DNA from: Acidobacteriota bacterium | GTDB taxonomy: Bacteria; Acidobacteriota; UBA890; WLXD01 | Length of the DNA stretch: 64,000 bases | Direction of reading: 5' to 3' | NCBI GenBank assembly: GCA_965205505.1 | Contig: CBDBHB010000008.1 | Coordinates: 800,001-864,000 of the forward strand | In this document: positions 61,046 through 64,000 of the stretch, piece by piece | Layout: each line of letters opens with the position of its first letter | Numbering within the stretch: the first letter of the stretch is position 1 | Notes under the pieces: generated by a model | What the model was told of the DNA's origin: nothing | What the model saw: the letters and a program-made list of their open reading frames with translations, nothing else | Database searches by the model: none | Position numbers and translations under genes: made by a program

Positions 61046-62139
61046 ATGAGATGAGAAGGGAGGCGCCCGGCGCGAAAGAGCGCCGAGTTGATCAAACGCT
61101 CGATGAGCGCCGCGAACGACACTCCCGCCACCGCTGCACCCTGAGGTAGGAGGCTAGTCTTCGTCATCCCGGGAATGGTGTTGAGCTCGAGCATCATCGG
61201 ACCTGCCGCCGACAGGATGAAGTCGCTACGCGACATTCCCTCGCAGCCCAGCGCCTCGTGCGCGATCACCGCGAGCTCCTGCACCCGCGCCGCCAGCTCG
61301 TCATCGACCTCCGCTGGCGTGATCTCCCGGCAGGCGTCGGAAGTGTACTTGGCGCGGAAATCGAAGAATTGCCCGTCCCGCGGTCGGATCTCTGTAAGCG
61401 GAAGTGGTTGAGTCGGCTCCCGCCCGCCTCCCAGAACGCCACAGGTCACCTCCACCCCTTCGAGATAGCTCTCGACCATGACAGGCTGCCCCCCGACGGA
61501 GCCGGCACGCAGCGCCTCCATCAACTCGGTTGGGTCGCGCGCTATGCGGACACCGACGGAGGAACCCGAGGCCACCGGCTTCACTACGCACGGCAGCCCG
61601 ATTTGATCGATAGCGGCTTGCAGTGCCGCGGGTTCGTCCTGTTCGTGCCGCACCAATACATCGTCGGGTACAGGGACCCCAACGCTGCGGAGATGTCGCT
61701 TCGTACGTGCCTTGTCCATCGCCAGTGCCGACGCCAACACCCCGGAGCCGGTGTACGGAACATCCGCCAGGCTAAGCATCCCCTGCACGGTGCCATCCTC
61801 TCCACCGGGCCCATGGAGGGCAACGAAAACAACGTCGAGGTCCGGCGCGCGCAGACGCTCGAAAGCGCCTCGGGTCGGTGGCGGCATGCCGCACGACGAC
61901 CGCAGTGGGGCGGCAGTAGGCGGGGGCGGCGGCTCTCCGGGCGCACGAGCCAGGATCGGCGTGGCGGGGCGATGATCGAAGTGCCATTCGCCGCTACGAT
62001 CTATGTAGATGGGACGCCCGTCGAAACGATCAGAATCGAGCGCATCCAGGACATTCAGACCGCTGCAGACCGACACGTAGTGCTCGACGCTCTCGCCGCC
62101 GAGCAAGACGGCTACGGAGATTCGTTTGCCCACCCCCAT
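61042..62139 (-). CDS. ddl: D-alanine--D-alanine ligase
   Basis: LHGPGGEDG, GSSVG, KY, ELNTIPGMT. Confidence 0.92.
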   Translation of the reverse strand: MGVGKRISVAVLLGGESVEHYVSVCSGLNVLDALDSDRFDGRPIYIDRSGEWHFDHRPATPILARAPGEPPPPPTAAPLRSSCGMPPPTRGAFERLRAPDLDVVFVALHGPGGEDGTVQGMLSLADVPYTGSGVLASALAMDKARTKRHLRSVGVPVPDDVLVRHEQDEPAALQAAIDQIGLPCVVKPVASGSSVGVRIARDPTELMEALRAGSVGGQPVMVESYLEGVEVTCGVLGGGREPTQPLPLTEIRPRDGQFFDFRAKYTSDACREITPAEVDDELAARVQELAVIAHEALGCEGMSRSDFILSAAGPMMLELNTIPGMTKTSLLPQGAAVAGVSFAALIERLINSALFRAGRLPSHLI

Positions 62140-62202
62140 CACGGCCGGAGGGTACCATGACGCCTCCGATCGCCCGATCGACAGTGTTTACAGGAGTGAT
62201 CA

Positions 62203-62520
62203 ATGAGCCTCGAGAGTATCTTCGACAAGCTGGCGAGCCGCGTCTCGGAGCGGCCCGAGCTCGTGGACGAAGTAGACGCCGTTTATCAATTTGACGTGGG
62301 CGGCGAACAGGGAGGCTCCTGGGTCGTCGACCTCAAGAACGCACCCGGTGGGATCCGCGCCGGCGCGGACGCCGACGCCGATTGCGTGATCACGCTGAGT
62401 CAAGACGACCTGGCCGGCATCATGGACGGCAGCGTCGACCCGCAAACAGCGTTCTTGATGGGGCGCATCAAGATCACTGGCAACTTCATGCTGGCGACGA
62501 AGCTCGGCGCTCTCGTCTGA
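62203..62520 (+). CDS. SCP2 sterol/lipid-binding domain protein
   Basis: YQFDVGG..W, DPQTAFLMGRIKITGN. Confidence 0.9.
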   Translation: MSLESIFDKLASRVSERPELVDEVDAVYQFDVGGEQGGSWVVDLKNAPGGIRAGADADADCVITLSQDDLAGIMDGSVDPQTAFLMGRIKITGNFMLATKLGALV

Positions 62521-62546
62521 CCGCGGATCTGTTGCACAAGCAGCGC

Positions 62547-63032
62547 TCAGCTCGCGGCTCCCTCCTTCTCGGCCTCTTCGATCAGCGAAGCGATCGACTT
62601 CCGACCGAACGCCGACGAGATCGAGTCATCGGACTGCTCGGCGCCTTCGTCACTACCAATAGCCGCGGCCGGCCCGTTCACGGCCTCGTTATCGTTGTCG
62701 CCGGAGAACGGCGTGGGGTTCGTCTCGATGATATTGGCCGGCTCAGGCTCGACAGCTACCGGCTCGGGCTCGACAGCTACCGGCTCGGGCGTCGAGGGAA
62801 CGGGGTCGGGCACGACAGCAACAAACTCGGGCCGTCGTGCTCGCGGCGTCTCTGCTACCGGCGCCACCGCTTCCACTCGCTGGCCGTTCTTGCGGAACGC
62901 ATCGAGCTCCTCGACCGCGGCACGCAAGAATGGCAGCACGATGTCGGCCTCATGCTTGGCAGCAAGGGCAACCGCGCAGCGACTTTCCCAGCCTTCGATG
63001 GCCTTTTGGAGTTGGTCCCTTCCTTCGCTCAT
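62547..63032 (-). CDS. Hypothetical protein with PEPVAVE tandem repeat; paralogue of 51159
   Basis: GAGGAG RBS; 21-bp tandem repeat at ~62740-62790. Confidence 0.75.
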   Translation of the reverse strand: MSEGRDQLQKAIEGWESRCAVALAAKHEADIVLPFLRAAVEELDAFRKNGQRVEAVAPVAETPRARRPEFVAVVPDPVPSTPEPVAVEPEPVAVEPEPANIIETNPTPFSGDNDNEAVNGPAAAIGSDEGAEQSDDSISSAFGRKSIASLIEEAEKEGAAS

Positions 63033-63258
63033 TTGTCGGTCTCCTCTGTGAGGCACTGAGTGAGTGTCCTGTGAGTGATCTGTGGTCTCCATAAACAGGT
63101 ATCGCACTGTCAAAGATAACTACAAGCCTTAAACAATATTATAAGTTATTATTCATCGCTATTGGATACTTATGGTATCCACCGCCATCCAAAGACCGGA
63201 GCAGGGGCAGGTGTAAAATTAGGCTCGGTAACGCCGCGAAGCTGGCGATACGAGTGCG

Positions 63259-64000
63259 TCAGGACTCGATTGTCGTCCCGAAGCCCTTGCCGCGAGCAGC
63301 GTGCAGTGTCGCGCTGGCGATGGCGGCGTCCTGCACGCCCAAGCCGGTCAGATCCGCAACCGTGATCTGATCTTCGGCCTCGCGGCCAACGGCGAGGCCC
63401 AGTACGACGGCTCCGAGCTCGACGCAGGCGTCGGCCCGTAGCCGGCCAGCATCGACGGCGTGGTGAATCTCGCCGACCTCGAGGCACTGGGACAAGCGGT
63501 CCGCGACCACGAGATCGGCGCGATGCAGCAGCTCGACGTCGAGCTCCTGCTTGTCGGGGCCATCGGACCCGACGGCGGTGATGTGCGTACCTGGCGCGAT
63601 CCACTCGGCACGCACCAAGGGCTCGCGGGCGACGGTCACCGTAAGCACCATATTCGCCCCCTGGACCGCGTCCTCGATCCGTTCCACCGCTTGCACGTCA
63701 ACGTCGAGCTCGTCGGCCATCTCGGCCGCGCATTGCTGCGCTCGTTCCGGGTGCCGGTTCCAAATGGCCACGCTGGGGATGGTGCGTACCTGGGCCAATG
63801 CGCGGAGCTGCATACGGGCCTGAATGCCGGCGCCGATTACGGCCACGCGGCAGAGCTTTTGCGGTGCCAGATACCGCGCGGCGACGGCCCCTGCAGCGCC
63901 GGTTCGTAGGTCACTGAGGTAGCTATTGTCGAACAGCAAGCCAGCAGGCTGGCCGTTGTTGGCGTCAAAGGCGAGCACCAGCCCGCTGGCCATGGGCAAC
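63259..64000 (-). CDS. Ornithine cyclodeaminase/mu-crystallin family protein (5' end outside window)
   Basis: RTGAAGAVA, GAGIQA, HITAVGSD, DLTGLGVQD. Confidence 0.92.
   Translation of the reverse strand, partial: LPMASGLVLAFDANNGQPAGLLFDNSYLSDLRTGAAGAVAARYLAPQKLCRVAVIGAGIQARMQLRALAQVRTIPSVAIWNRHPERAQQCAAEMADELDVDVQAVERIEDAVQGANMVLTVTVAREPLVRAEWIAPGTHITAVGSDGPDKQELDVELLHRADLVVADRLSQCLEVGEIHHAVDAGRLRADACVELGAVVLGLAVGREAEDQITVADLTGLGVQDAAIASATLHAARGKGFGTTIES

Noticed and set aside
1-64000. Genome-wide stop-codon reassignment
   Set aside because: TAG and TGA both terminate many conserved genes at their expected C-termini

Overview
GC-rich bacterial chromosome segment. The PQQ-propeller proteins, planctomycete-type cytochrome and DUF1080 suggest an Acidobacteriota/PVC-like environmental genome, but this is inference. 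The backbone encodes PQQ-like beta-propellers, an amino-acid/peptide uptake and catabolism cluster, a DEAD-box helicase, a desaturase, GreA/B, NagX and GH20, a UxxC selenoprotein, E. coli-type frdABCD, pruA, trkAH, ddl and an ornithine cyclodeaminase homologue. Three accessory zones interrupt it. (1) A ~12.5 kb mosaic (4.9-17.4 kb) where unrelated small cargo genes are stitched between recurring short modules: a ~77 bp structured repeat, shared MTPTTY and MRGxR start peptides, and duplicated gene 3' ends. No recombinase is visible there. (2) A decayed tyrosine-integrase island (29.2-33.5 kb) containing a complete-ended IS3. (3) A 2.4 kb insert that splits a radical SAM gene and carries a diverged copy of the 62.4-63.2 kb locus. 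A cytochrome c/outer-membrane barrel fusion next to a secreted CX4CH cytochrome is also notable. Several frameshifts sit in homopolymers and may be sequencing errors. No rRNA, complete tRNA or CRISPR array was found.
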